From the NCBI GenBank assembly GCA_964057225.1, contig OZ059898.1, positions 2,294,001 through 2,358,000 on the forward strand: a stretch of DNA of 64,000 nt, given 5' to 3'. The notes under the pieces are model-generated. The model saw only the letters and a list, made by a program, of their open reading frames with translations. It had not been told where the DNA came from and ran no database searches. Of the stretch, positions 12,201 to 27,400 are shown piece by piece (positions within the stretch are counted from its first letter, which is position 1; the number at the start of each line of letters is the position of its first letter). The translations under genes and the position numbers were made by a program. The stretch comes from Auanema rhodensis (lineage: Eukaryota > Animalia > Nematoda).

Positions 12201-15200
12201 TTAATTTTTTTGTTGAATAACATTGTCCATCGTCTTTGCCTTGAAAAAAGGAATCTAAAAACATCTACTTTTTGCTAAATTATTCTGAAATTTTTCGAAA
12301 AAATTTTTGTCAAAATGTTTTTGGAAGCAATGTTGAGTGTACATGGAAACTCAACATACACTAATGCATCATTTTTCAAACGATCATAACTAATTTTTGT
12401 ATTAAGCGTTTCTCAATGTAGTATAGTGCATTCGATGCGGATTTTTAAGCTGCGTCGATCTGTGTTATCAGATTTGCGCTAGCTTAAAAATGCACCGAGA
12501 TATCAACTGATATAAGTTCACACTTATATCCTCGATTTTCACCCTGAAGAATTAATTTTTTTGTTGAATAACATTGTCCATCGTCTTTGCCTTGAAAAAA
12601 GGAATCTAAAAACATCTACTTTTTGCTAAATTATTTTGAAATTTTTTGAAAAAATTTTTGTCAAAATGTTTTTGGAAGCAATGTTGAGTGTACATGGAAA
12701 CTCAACATACACTAATGCATCATTTTTCAAACGATCATAACTAATTTTTGTATTAAGCGTTTCTCAATGTAGCATAGTGCATTCGATGCAGATTTTTAAG
12801 CTGCGTCGATCTGTGTTATCAGATTTGCGCTAGCTTAAAAATGCACCGAGATATCAACTGATATAAGTTCACACTTATATCCTCGATTTTCACCCTGAAG
12901 AATTAATTTTTTTGTTGAATAACATTGTCCATCGTCTTTGCCTTGAAAAAAGGAATCTAAAAACATCTACTTTTTGCTAAATTATTCTGAAATTTTTCGA
13001 AAAAATTTTTGTCAAAATGTTTTTGGAAGCAATGTTGAGTGTACATGGAAACTCAACATACACTAATGCATCATTTTTCAAACGATCATAACTAATTTTT
13101 GTATTAAGCGTTTCTCAATGTAGTATAGTGCATTCGATGCGGATTTTTAAGCTGCGTCGATCTGTGTTATCAGATTTGCGCTAGCTTAAAAATGCACCGA
13201 GATATCAACTGATATAAGTTCACACTTATATCCTCGATTTTCACCCTGAAGAATTAATTTTTTTGTTGAATAACATTGTCCATCGTCTTTGCCTTGAAAA
13301 AAGGAATCTAAAAACATCTACTTTTTGCTAAATTATTTTGAAATTTTTCGAAAAAATTTTTGTCAAAATGTTTTTGGAAGCAATGTTGAGTGTACATGGA
13401 AACTCAACATACACTAATGCATCATTTTTCAAACGATCATAACTAATTTTTGTATTAAGCGTTTCTCAATGTAGTATAGTGCATTCGATGCGGATTTTTA
13501 AGCTGCGTCGATCTGTGTTATCAGATTTGCGCTAGCTTAAAAATGCACCGAGATATCAACTGATATAAGTTCACACTTATATCCTCGATTTTGACCCTGA
13601 AGAATTAATTTTTTCGTTGAATAACATTGTCCATCGTCTTTGCCTTGAAAAAAGGAATCTAAAAACATCTACTTTTTGCTAAATTATTTTGAAATTTTTC
13701 GAAAAAATTTTTGTCAAAATGTTTTTGGAAGCAATGTTGAGTGTACATGGAAACTCAACATACACTAATGCATCATTTTTCAAACGATCATAACTAATTT
13801 TTGTATTAAGCGTTTCTCAATGTAGTATAGTGCATTCGATGCGGATTTTTAAGCTGCGTCGATCTGTGTTATCAGATTTGTGCTAGCTTAAAAATGCACC
13901 GAGATATCAACTGATATAAGTTCACACTTATATCCTCGATTTTGACCCTGAAGAATTAATTTTTTCGTTGAATAACATTGTCCATCGTCTTTGCCTTGAA
14001 AAAAGGAATCTAAAAACATCTACTTTTTGCTAAATTATTTTGAAATTTTTCGAAAAAATTTTTGTCAAAATGTTTTTGGAAGCAATGTTGAGTGTACATG
14101 GAAACTCAACATACACTAATGCATCATTTTTCAAACGATCATAACTAATTTTTGTATTAAGCGTTTCTCAATGTAGTATAGTGCATTCGATGCGGATTTT
14201 TAAGCTGCGTCGATCTGTGTTATCAGATTTGCGCTAGCTTAAAAATGCACCGAGATATCAACTGATATAAGTTCACACTTATATCCTCGATTTTGACCCT
14301 GAAGAATTAATTTTTTCGTTGAATAACATTGTCCATCGTCTTTGCCTTGAAAAAAGGAATCTAAAAACATCTACTTTTTGCTAAATTATTTTGAAATTTT
14401 TCGAAAAAATTTTTGTCAAAATGTTTTTGGAAGCAATGTTGAGTGTACATGGAAACTCAACATACACTAATGCATCATTTTTCAAACGATCATAACTAAT
14501 TTTTGTATTAAGCGTTTCTCAATGTAGTATAGTGCATTCGATGCGGATTTTTAAGCTGCGTCGATCTGTGTTATCAGATTTGCGCTAGCTTAAAAATGCA
14601 CCGAGATATCAACTGATATAAGTTCACACTTATATCCTCGATTTTGACCCTGAAGAATTAATTTTTTCGTTGAATAACATTGTCCATCGTCTTTGCCTTG
14701 AAAAAAGGAATCTAAAAACATCTACTTTTTTCTAAATTATTTTGAAATTTTTCGAAAAAATTTTTGTCAAAATGTTTTTGGAAGCAATGTTGAGTGTACA
14801 TGGAAACTCAACATACACTAATGCATCATTTTTCAAACGATCATAACTAATTTTTGTATTAAGCGTTTCTCAATGTAGTATAGTGCATTCGATGCGGATT
14901 TTTAAGCTGCGTCGATCTGTGTTATCAGATTTGCGCTAGCTTAAAAATGCACCGAGATATCAACTGATATAAGTTCACACTTATATCCTCGATTTTGACC
15001 CTGAAGAATTAATTTTTTCGTTGAATAACATTGTCCATCGTCTTTGCCTTGAAAAAAGGAATCTAAAAACATCTACTTTTTGCTAAATTATTTTGAAATT
15101 TTTCGAAAAAATTTTTGTCAAAATGTTTTTGGAAGCAATGTTGAGTGTACATGGAAACTCAACATACACTAATGCATCATTTTTCAAACGATCATAACTA

Positions 15201-15444
15201 ATTTTTGTATTAAGCGTTTCTCAATGTAGTATAGTGCATTCGATGCGGATTTTTAAGCTGCGTCGATCTGTGTTATCAGATTTGCGCTAGCTTAAAAATG
15301 CACCGAGATATCAACTGATATAAGTTCACACTTATATCCTCGATTTTGACCCTGACGAATTAATTTTTTCGTTGAATAACATTGTCCATCGTCTTTGCCT
15401 TGAAAAAAGGAATCTAAAAACATCTACTTTTTGCTAAATTATTT

Positions 15445-18400
15445 TGAAATTTTTCGAAAAAATTTTTGTCAAAATGTTTTTGGAAGCAATGTTGAGTGTA
15501 CATGGAAACTCAACATACACTAATGCATCATTTTTCAAACGATCATAACTAATTTTTGTATTAAGCGTTTCTCAATGTAGTATAGTGCATTCGATGCGGA
15601 TTTTTAAGCTGCGTCGATCTGTGTTATCAGATTTGCGCTAGCTTAAAAATGCACCGAGATATCAACTGATATAAGTTCACACTTATATCCTCGATTTTCA
15701 CCCTGAAGAAATAATTTTTTCGTTGAATAACATTGTCCATCGTCTTTGCCTTAAAAAAAGGAATCTAAAAACATCTACTTTTTGCTAAATTATTTTGAAA
15801 TTTTTCGAAAAAATTTTTGTCAAAATGTTTTTGGAAGCAATGTTGAGTGTACATGGAAACTCAACATACACTAATGCATCATTTTTCAAACGATCATAAC
15901 TAATTTTTGTATTAAGCGTTTCTCAATGTAGTATAGTGCATTCGATGCGGATTTTTAAGCTGCGTCGATCTGTGTTATCAGATTTGCGCTAGCTTAAAAA
16001 TGCACCGAGATATCAACTGATATAAGTTCACACTTATATCCTCGATTTTCACCCTGAAGAAATAATTTTTTCGTTGAATAACATTGTCCATCGTCTTTGC
16101 CTTAAAAAAAGGAATCTAAAAACATCTACTTTTTGCTAAATTATTTTGAAATTTTTCGAAAAAATTTTTGTCAAAATGTTTTTGGAAGCAATGTTGAGTG
16201 TACATGGAAACTCAACATACACTAATGCATCATTTTTCAAACGATCATAACTAATTTTTGTATTAAGCGTTTCTCAATGTAGTTTAGTGCATTCGATGCG
16301 GATTTTTTAGCTGCGTCGATCTGTGTTATCAGATTTGCGCTAGCTTAAAAATGTATCGAGATATCAACTGATATAAGTTCACACTTATATCCTCGATTTT
16401 CACCCTGAAGAATTAATTTTTTCGTTGAATAACATTGTCCATCGTCTTTGCCTTGAAAAAAGGAATCTAAAAACATCCACTTTTCGCTAAATTATTTTGA
16501 AATTTTTCGAAAAAATTTTCGTCAAAATGTTTTTGGAAGCAATGTTGAGTGTACATGGAAACTCAACATACACTAATGCATCATTTTTCAAACGATCATA
16601 ACTAATTTTTGTATTAAGCGTTTCTCAATGTAGTATAGTGCATTCGATGCGGATTTTTAAGCTGCGTCGATCTGTGTTATCAGATTTGCGCTAGCTTAAA
16701 AATGTACCGAGATATCAACTGATATAAGTTCACACTTATATCCTCGATTTTCACCCTGAAGAAATAATTTTTTCGTTGAATAACATTGTCCATCGTCTTT
16801 GCCTTGAAAAAAGGAATCTAAAAACATCTACTTTTTGCTAAATTATTTTGAAATTTTTCGAAAAAATTTTTGTCAAAATGTTTTTGGAAGCAATGTTGAG
16901 TGTACATGAAAACTCAACATACACTAATGCATCATTTTTCAAACGATCATAACTAATTTTTGTATTAAGTTTTTCTCAATGTAGTATAGTGCATTCGATG
17001 CGGATTTTTAAGCTGCGTCGATCTGTGTTATCAGATTTGCGCTAGCTTAAAAATGCACCGAGATATCAACTGATATAAGTTCACACTTATATCCTCGATT
17101 TTCACCCTGAAGAAATAATTTTTTCGTTGAATAACATTGTCCATCGTCTTTGCCTTGAAAAAAGGAATCTAAAAACATCTACTTTTTGCTAAATTATTTT
17201 GAAATTTTTCGAAAAAATTTTTGTCAAAATGTTTTTGGAAGCAATGTTGAGTGTACATGGAAACTCAACATACACTAATGCATCATTTTTCAAACGATCA
17301 TAACTAATTTCTGTATTAAGCGTTTCTCAATGTAGTATAGTGCATTCGATGTGGATTTTTAAGCTGCGTCGATCTGTGTTATCAGATTTGCGCTAGCTTA
17401 AAAATGCACCGAGATATCAACTGATATAAGTTCACACTTATATCCTCGATTTTCACCCTGAAGAATTAATTTTTTCGTTGAATAACATTGTCCATCGGCT
17501 TTGCCTTGAAAAATGGAATCTAAAAACATCTACTTTTTGCTAAATTATTTTGAAATTTTTCGAAAAAATTTTTGTCAAAATGTTTTTGGAAGCAATGTTG
17601 AGTGTACATGGAAACTCAACATACACTAATGCATCATTTTTCAAACGATTATAACTAATTTTTGTATCAAGCGTTTCTCAATGTAGTATAGTGCATTCGA
17701 TGCGGATGTTTAAGCTGCGTCGATCTGTGTTATCAGATTTGCGCTAGCTTAAAAATGTACCGAGATATCAACTGATATAAGTTCACACTTACATCCTCGA
17801 TTTTCACCCTGAAGAATTAATTTTTTCGTTGAATAACATTGTCCATCGTCTTTGCCTTGAAAAATGGAATCTAAAAACATCTACTTTTTGCTGAATTATT
17901 TTGAAATTTTTCGAAAAAATTTTTGTCAAAATGTTTTTGGAAGCAATGTTGAGTGTACATGGAAACTCAACATACACTAATGCATCATTTTTCAAACGAT
18001 CATAACTAATTTTTGTATCAAGTGTTTCTCAATGTAGTATAGTGCATTCGATGCGGATTTTTAAGCTGCGTCGATCTGTGTTATCAGATTTGCGCTAGCT
18101 TAAAAATGCACCGAGATATCAACTGATATAAGTTCACACATATATACCCGATTTTCACCCTGAAGAATTAATTTTTTCGTTGAATAACATTGTCCATCGT
18201 CTTTGCCTTGAAAAAAGGAATCTAAAAACATCTACTTTTTGCTAAATTATCTTGAAATTTTTCGAAAAAATTTTTGTCAAAATGTTTTTGGAAGCAATGT
18301 TGAGTGTACATGGAAACTCAACATACACTAATGCATCATTTTTCAAACGATCATAACTAATTTTTGTATTAAGCGTTTCTCAATGTAGTATAGTGCATTC

Positions 18401-21400
18401 GATGCGGATTTTTAAGCTGCGTCGATCTGTGTTATCAGATTTGCGCTAGCTTAAAAATGCACCGAGATATCAACTGATATAAGTTCACACTTATATCCTC
18501 GATTTTCACCCTGAAGAATTAATTTTTTCGTTGAATAACATTGTCCATCGGCTTTGCCTTGAAAAATGGAATCTAAAAACATCTACTTTTTGCTAAATTA
18601 TTTTGAAATTTTTCGAAAAAATTTTTGTCAAAATGTTTTTGGAAGCAATGTTGAGTGTACATGGAAACTCAACATACACTAATGCATCATTTTTCAAACG
18701 ATCATAACTAATTTTTGTATTAAGCGTTTCTCAATGTAGTATAGTGCATTCGATGCGGATTTTTAAGCTGCGTCGATCTGTGTTATCAGATTTGCGCTAG
18801 CTTAAAAATGCACCGAGATATCAACTGATATAAGTTCACACTTATATCCTCGATTTTCACCCTGAAGAAATAATTTTTTCGTTGAATAACATTGTCCATC
18901 GTCTTTGCCTTGAAAAAAGGAATCTAAAAACATCTACATTTTGCTAAATTATTATGAAATTTTTCGAAAAAATTTTTGTCAAAATGTTTTTGGAAGCAAT
19001 GTTGAGTGTACATGGAAACTCAACATACACTAATGCATCATTTTTCAAACGATCATAACTAATTTTTGTATTAAGCGTTTCTCAATGTAGTATAGTGCAT
19101 TCGATGCGGATTTTTAAGCTGCGTCGATCTGTGTTATCAGATTTGCGCTAGCTTAAAAATGTACCGAGATATCAACTGATATAAGTTCACACTTACATCC
19201 TCGATTTTCACCCTGAAGAATTAATTTTTTCGTTGAATAACATTGTCCATCGTCTTTGCCTTGAAAAATGGAATCTAAAAACATCTACTTTTTGCTGAAT
19301 TATTTTGAAATTTTTCGAAAAAATTTTTGTCAAAATGTTTTTGGAAGCAATGTTGAGTGTACATGGAAACTCAACATACACTAATGCATCATTTTTCAAA
19401 CGATCATAACTAATTTTTGTATCAAGTGTTTCTCAATGTAGTATAGTGCATTCGATGCGGATTTTTAAGCTGCGTCGATCTGTGTTATCAGATTTGCGCT
19501 AGCTTAAAAATGCACCGAGATATCAACTGATATAAGTTCACACATATATACCCGATTTTCACCCTGAAGAATTAATTTTTTCGTTGAATAACATTGTCCA
19601 TCGTCTTTGCCTTGAAAAAAGGAATCTAAAAACATCTACTTTTTGCTAAATTATCTTGAAATTTTTCGAAAAAATTTTTGTCAAAATGTTTTTGGAAGCA
19701 ATGTTGAGTGTACATGGAAACTCAACATACACTAATGCATCATTTTTCAAACGATCATAACTAATTTTTGTATTGAGCGTTTTTCAATGTAGTATAGTGC
19801 ATTCGATGCGGATTTTTAAGCTGCGTCGATCTGTGTTATCAGATTTGCGCTAGCTTAAAAATGCACCGAGATATCAACTGATATAAGTTCACACTTATAT
19901 CCTCGATTTTCACCCTGAAGAATTAATTTTTTCGTTGAATAACATTGTCCATCGTCTTTGCCTTGAAAAAAGGAATCTAAAAACATCTACTTTTCGCTAA
20001 ATTATTCTGAAATTTTTCGAAAAAATTTTTGTCAAAATGTTTTTGGAAGCAATGTTGAGTGTACATGGAAACTCAACATACACTAATGCATCATTTTTCA
20101 AACGATCATAACTAATTTTTGTATTAAGCGTTTCTCAATGTAGTATAGTGCATTCGATGCGGATTTTTAAGCTGCGTCGATCTGTGTTATCAGATTTGCG
20201 CTAGCTCAAAAATGTACCGAGATATCAACTGATATAAGTTCACACTTATATCCTCGATTTTCACCCTGAAGAATTAATTTTTTCGTTGAATAACATTGTC
20301 CATCGTCTTTGCCTTGAAAAAAGGAATCTAAAAACATCTACTTTTCGCTAAATTATTTTGAAATTTTTCGAAAAAATTTTTGTCAAAATGTTTTTGGAAG
20401 CAATGTTGAGTGTACATGGAAACTCAACATACACTAATGCATCATTTTTCAAACGATCATAACTAATTTTTGTATTAAGCGTTTCTCAATGTAGTATAGT
20501 GCATTCGATGCGGATTTTTAAGCTGCGTCGATCTGTGTTATCAGATTTGCGCTAGCTTAAAAATGTACCGAGATATCAACTGATATAAGTTCACACTTAT
20601 ATCCTCGATTTTCACCCTGAAGAATTAATTTTTTCGTTGAATAACATTGTCCATCGTCTTTGCCTTGAAAAAAGGAATCTAAAAACATCTACTTTTCGCT
20701 AAATTATTCTGAAATTTTTCGAAAAAATTTTTGTCAAAATGTTTTTGGAAGCAATGTTGAGTGTACATGGAAACTCAGCATACACTAATGCATCATTTTT
20801 CAAACGATCATAACTAATTTTTGTATTAAGCGTTTCTCAATGTAGTATAGTGCATTCGATGCGGATTTTTAAGCTGCGTCGATCTGTGTTATCAGATTTG
20901 CGCTAGCTTAAAAATGCACCGAGATATCAACTGATATAAGTTCACACTTATATCCTCGATTTTCACCCTGAAGAATTAATTTTTTCGTTGAATAACATTG
21001 TCCATCGTCTTTGCCTTGAAAAAAGGAATCTAAAAACATCTACTTTTCGCTAAATTATTTTGAAATTTTTCGAAAAAATTTTTGTCAAAATGTTTTTGGA
21101 AGCAATGTTGAGTGTACATGGAAACTCAACATACACTAATGCATCATTTTTCAAACGATCATAACTAATTTTTGTATTAAGCGTTTCTCAATGTAGTATA
21201 GTGCATTCGATGCGGATTTTTAAGCTGCGTCGATCTGTGTTATCAGATTTGCGCTAGCTTAAAAATGCACCGAGATATCAACTGATATAAGTTCACACTT
21301 ATATCCTCGATTTTCACCCTGAAGAAATAATTTTTTCGTTGAATAACATTGTCCATCGTCTTTGCCTTAAAAAAAGGAATCTAAAAACATCTACTTTTTG

Positions 21401-24400
21401 CTAAATTATTTTGAAATTTTTCGAAAAAATTTTTGTCAAAATGTTTTTGGAAGCAATGTTGAGTGTACATGGAAACTCAACATACACTAATGCATCATTT
21501 TTCAAACGATCATAACTAATTTTTGTATTAAGCGTTTCTCAATGTAGTTTAGTGCATTCGATGCGGATTTTTTAGCTGCGTCGATCTGTGTTATCAGATT
21601 TGCGCTAGCTTAAAAATGTATCGAGATATCAACTGATATAAGTTCACACTTATATCCTCGATTTTCACCCTGAAGAATTAATTTTTTCTTTGAATAACAT
21701 TGTCCATCGTCTTTGCCTTGAAAAAAGGAATCTAAAAACATCCACTTTTCGCTAAATTATTTTGAAATTTTTCGAAAAAATTTTCGTCAAAATGTTTTTG
21801 GAAGCAATGTTGAGTGTACATGGAAACTCAACATACACTAATGCATCATTTTTCAAACGATCATAACTAATTTTTGTATTAAGCGTTTCTCAATGTAGTA
21901 TAGTGCATTCGATGCGGATTTTTAAGCTGCGTCGATCTGTGTTATCAGATTTGCGCTAGCTTAAAAATGTACCGAGATATCAACTGATATAAGTTCACAC
22001 TTATATCCTCGATTTTCACCCTGAAGAAATAATTTTTTCGTTGAATAACATTGTCCATCGTCTTTGCCTTGAAAAAAGGAATCTAAAAACATCTACTTTT
22101 CGCTAAATTATTTTGAAATTTTTCGAAAAAATTTTTGTCAAAATGTTTTTGGAAGCAATGTTGAGTGTACATGAAAACTCAACATACACTAATGCATCAT
22201 TTTTCAAACGATCATAACTAATTTTTGTATTAAGCTTTTCTCAATGTAGTATAGTGCATTCGATGCGGATTTTTAAGCTGCGTCGATCTGTGTTATCAGA
22301 TTTGCGCTAGCTTAAAAATGCACCGAGATATCAACTGATATAAGTTCACACTTATATCCTCGATTTTCACCCTGAAGAAATAATTTTTTCGTTGAATAAC
22401 ATTGTCCATCGTCTTTGCCTTAAAAAAAGGAATCTAAAAACATCTACTTTTTGCTAAATTATTTTGAAATTTTTCGAAAAAATTTTTGTCAAAATGTTTT
22501 TGGAAGCAATGTTGAGTGTACATGGAAACTCAACATACACTAATGCATCATTTTTCAAACGATCATAACTAATTTTTGTATTAAGCGTTTCTCAATGTAG
22601 TATAGTGCATTCGATGCGGATTTTTAAGCTGCGTCGATCTGTGTTATCAGATTTGCGCTAGCTTACAAATGCACCGAGATATCAACTGATATAAGTTCAC
22701 ACTTATATCCTCGATTTTCACCCTGAAGAATTAATTTTTTCGTTGAATAACATTGTCCATCGGCTTTGCCTTGAAAAATGGAATCTAAAAACATCTACTT
22801 TTTGCTAAATTATTTTGAAATTTTACGAAAAAATTTTTGTCAAAATGTTTTTGGAAGCAATGTTGAGTGTACATGGAAACTCAACATACACTAATGCATC
22901 ATTTTTCAAACGATCATAACTAATTTTTGTATTAAGCGTTTCTCAATGTAGTATAGTTCATTCGATGCGGATTTTTAAGCTGCGTCGATCTGTGTTATCA
23001 GATTTGCGCTAGCTTAAAAATGCACCGAGATATCAACTGATATAAGTTCACACTTATATCCTCGATTTTCACCCTGAAGAAATAATTTTTTCGTTGAATA
23101 ACATTGTCCATCGTCTTTGCCTTGAAAAAAGGAATCTAAAAACATCTACTTTTTGCTAAATTATTTTGAAATTTTTTGAAAAAATTTTTGTCAAAATGTT
23201 TTTGGAAGCAATGTTGAGTGTACATGGAAACTCAACATACACTAATGCATCATTTTTCAAACGATCATAACTAATTTTTGTATTAAGCGTTTCTCAATGT
23301 AGTTTAGTGCATTCGATGCGGATTTTTTAGCTGCGTCGATCTGTGTTATCAGATTTGCGCTAGCTTAAAAATGTACCGAGATATCAACTGATATAAGTTC
23401 ACACTTATATCCTCGATTTTCACCCTGAAGAATTAATTTTTTCGTTGAATAACATTGTCCATCGTCTTTGCCTTGAAAAAAGGAATCTAAAAACATCTAC
23501 TTTTCGCTAAATTATTTTGAAATTTTTCGAAAAAATTTTTGTCAAAATGTTTTTGGAAGCAATGTTGAGTGTACATGGAAACTCAACATACACTAATGCA
23601 TCATTTTTCAAACGATCATAACTAATTTTTGTATTAAGCGTTCTTCAATGTAGTATAGTGCATTCGATGCGGATTTTTAAGCTGCGTCGATCTGTGTTAT
23701 CAGATTTGCGCTAGCTGAAAAATGCACCGAGATATCAACTGATATAAGTTCACACTTATATCCTCGATTTTCACCCTGAAGAATTAATTTTTTCGTTGAA
23801 TAACATTGTCCATCGTCTTTGCCTTGAAAAAAGGAATCTAAAAACATCTACTTTTCGCTAAATTATTTTGAAATTTTTCGAAAAAATTTTTGTCAAAATG
23901 TTTTTGGAAGCAATGTTGAGTGTACATGGAAACTCAACATACACTAATGCATCATTTTTCAAACGATCATAACTAATTTTTGTATTAAGCGTTTCTCAAT
24001 GTAGTATAGTGCATTCGATGCGGATTTTTAAGCTGCGTCGATCTGTGTTATCAGATTTGCGCTAGCTTAAAAATGCACCGAGATATCAACTGATATAAGT
24101 TCACACTTATATCCTCGATTTTCACCCTGAAGAAATAATTTTTTCGTTGAATAACATTGTCCATCGTCTTTGCCTTAAAAAAAGGAATCTAAAAACATCT
24201 ACTTTTTGCTAAATTATTTTGAAATTTTTCGAAAAAATTTTTGTCAAAATGTTTTTGGAAGCAATGTTGAGTGTACATGGAAACTCAACATACACTAATG
24301 CATCATTTTTCAAACGATCATAACTAATTTTTGTATTAAGCGTTTCTCAATGTAGTTTAGTGCATTCGATGCGGATTTTTTAGCTGCGTCGATCTGTGTT

Positions 24401-27400
24401 ATCAGATTTGCGCTAGCTTAAAAATGTATCGAGATATCAACTGATATAAGTTCACACTTATATCCTCGATTTTCACCCTGAAGAATTAATTTTTTCGTTG
24501 AATAACATTGTCCATCGTCTTTGCCTTGAAAAAAGGAATCTAAAAACATCCACTTTTCGCTAAATTATTTTGAAATTTTTCGAAAAAATTTTCGTCAAAA
24601 TGTTTTTGGAAGCAATGTTGAGTGTACATGGAAACTCAACATACACTAATGCATCATTTTTCAAACGATCATAACTAATTTTTGTATTAAGCGTTTCTCA
24701 ATGTAGTATAGTGCATTCGATGCGGATTTTTAAGCTGCGTCGATCTGTGTTATCAGATTTGCGCTAGCTTAAAAATGTACCGAGATATCAACTGATATAA
24801 GTTCACACTTATATCCTCGATTTTCACCCTGAAGAAATAATTTTTTCGTTGAATAACATTGTCCATCGTCTTTGCCTTGAAAAAAGGAATCTAAAAACAT
24901 CTACTTTTCGCTAAATTATTTTGAAATTTTTCGAAAAAATTTTTGTCAAAATGTTTTTGGAAGCAATGTTGAGTGTACATGAAAACTCAACATACACTAA
25001 TGCATCATTTTTCAAACGATCATAACTAATTTTTGTATTAAGCTTTTCTCAATGTAGTATAGTGCATTCGATGCGGATTTTTAAGCTGCGTCGATCTGTG
25101 TTATCAGATTTGCGCTAGCTTAAAAATGCACCGAGATATCAACTGATATAAGTTCACACTTATATCCTCGATTTTCACCCTGAAGAATTAATTTTTTCGT
25201 TGAATAACATTGTCCATCGTCTTTGCCTTAAAAAAAGGAATCTAAAAACATCTACTTTTCGCTAAATTATTTTGAAATTTTTCGAAAAAATTTTTGTCAA
25301 AATGTTTTTGGAAGCAATGTTGAGTGTACATGGAAACTCAACATACACTAATGCATCATTTTTCAAACGATCATAACTAATTTTTGTATTAAGCGTTTCT
25401 CAATGTAGTATAGTGCATTCGATGCGGATTTTTAAGCTGCGTCGATCTGTGTTATCAGATTTGCGCTAGCTTAAAAATGCACCGAGATATCAACTGATAT
25501 AAGTTCACACTTATATCCTCGATTTTCACCCTGAAGAAATAATTTTTTCGTTGAATAACATTGTCCATCGTCTTTGCCTTAAAAAAAGGAATCTAAAAAC
25601 ATCTACTTTTTGCTAAATTATTTTGAAATTTTTCGAAAAAATTTTTGTCAAAATGTTTTTGGAAGCAATGTTGAGTGTACATGGAAACTCAACATACACT
25701 AATGCATCATTTTTCAAACGATCATAACTAATTTTTGTATTAAGCGTTTCTCAATGTAGTTTAGTGCATTCGATGCGGATTTTTTAGCTGCGTCGATCTG
25801 TGTTATCAGATTTGCGCTAGCTTAAAAATGTATCGAGATATCAACTGATATAAGTTCACACTTATATCCTCGATTTTCACCCTGAAGAATTAATTTTTTC
25901 GTTGAATAACATTGTCCATCGTCTTTGCCTTGAAAAAAGGAATCTAAAAACATCCACTTTTCGCTAAATTATTTTGAAATTTTTCGAAAAAATTTTCGTC
26001 AAAATGTTTTTGGAAGCAATGTTGAGTGTACATGGAAACTCAACATACACTAATGCATCATTTTTCAAACGATCATAACTAATTTTTGTATTAAGCGTTT
26101 CTCAATGTAGTATAGTGCATTCGATGCGGATTTTTAAGCTGCGTCGATCTGTGTTATCAGATTTGCGCTAGCTTAAAAATGTACCGAGATATCAACTGAT
26201 ATAAGTTCACACTTATATCCTCGATTTTCACCCTGAAGAAATAATTTTTTCGTTGAATAACATTGTCCATCGTCTTTGCCTTGAAAAAAGGAATCTAAAA
26301 ACATCTACTTTTCGCTAAATTATTTTGAAATTTTTCGAAAAAATTTTTGTCAAAATGTTTTTGGAAGCAATGTTGAGTGTACATGAAAACTCAACATACA
26401 CTAATGCATCATTTTTCAAACGATCATAACTAATTTTTGTATTAAGCTTTTCTCAATGTAGTATAGTGCATTCGATGCGGATTTTTAAGCTGCGTCGATC
26501 TGTGTTATCAGATTTGCGCTAGCTTAAAAATGCACCGAGATATCAACTGATATAAGTTCACACTTATATCCTCGATTTTCACCATGAAGAAATAATTTTT
26601 TCGTTGAATAACATTGTCCATCGTCTTTGCCTTAAAAAAAGGAATCTAAAAACATCTACTTTTTGCTAAATTATTTTGAAATTTTTCGAAAAAATTTTTG
26701 TCAAAATGTTTTTGGAAGCAATGTTGAGTGTACATGGAAACTCAACATACACTAATGCATCATTTTTCAAACGATCATAACTAATTTTTGTATTAAGCGT
26801 TTCTCAATGTAGTATAGTGCATTCGATGCGGATTTTTAAGCTGCGTCGATCTGTGTTATCAGATTTGCGCTAGCTTAAAAATGCACCGAGATATCAACTG
26901 ATATAAGTTCACACTTATATCCTCGATTTTCACCCTGAAGAATTAATTTTTTCGTTGAATAACATTGTCCATCGGCTTTGCCTTGAAAAATGGAATCTAA
27001 AAACATCTACTTTTTGCTAAATTATTTTGAAATTTTACGAAAAAATTTTTGTCAAAATGTTTTTGGAAGCAATGTTGAGTGTACATGGAAACTCAACATA
27101 CACTAATGCATCATTTTTCAAACGATCATAACTAATTTTTGTATTAAGCGTTTCTCAATGTAGTATAGTGCATTCGATGCGGATTTTTAAGCTGCGTCGA
27201 TCTGTGTTATCAGATTTGCGCTAGCTTAAAAATGCACCGAGATATCAACTGATATAAGTTCACACTTATATCCTCGATTTTCACCCTGAAGAAATAATTT
27301 TTTCGTTGAATAACATTGTCCATCGTCTTTGCCTTGAAAAAAGGAATCTAAAAACATCTACTTTTTGCTAAATTATTTTGAAATTTTTCGAAAAAATTTT

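Larger units (their letters stand above)
1..15444. repeat. Haplotype domain A (monomers 1-44), the most homogeneous part
   Basis: C255G (ttttGaccc) is frequent from 1659 to 15348 and was not seen afterwards. C277T, T137C+G154A and C192T were seen only here. Confidence 0.85.
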
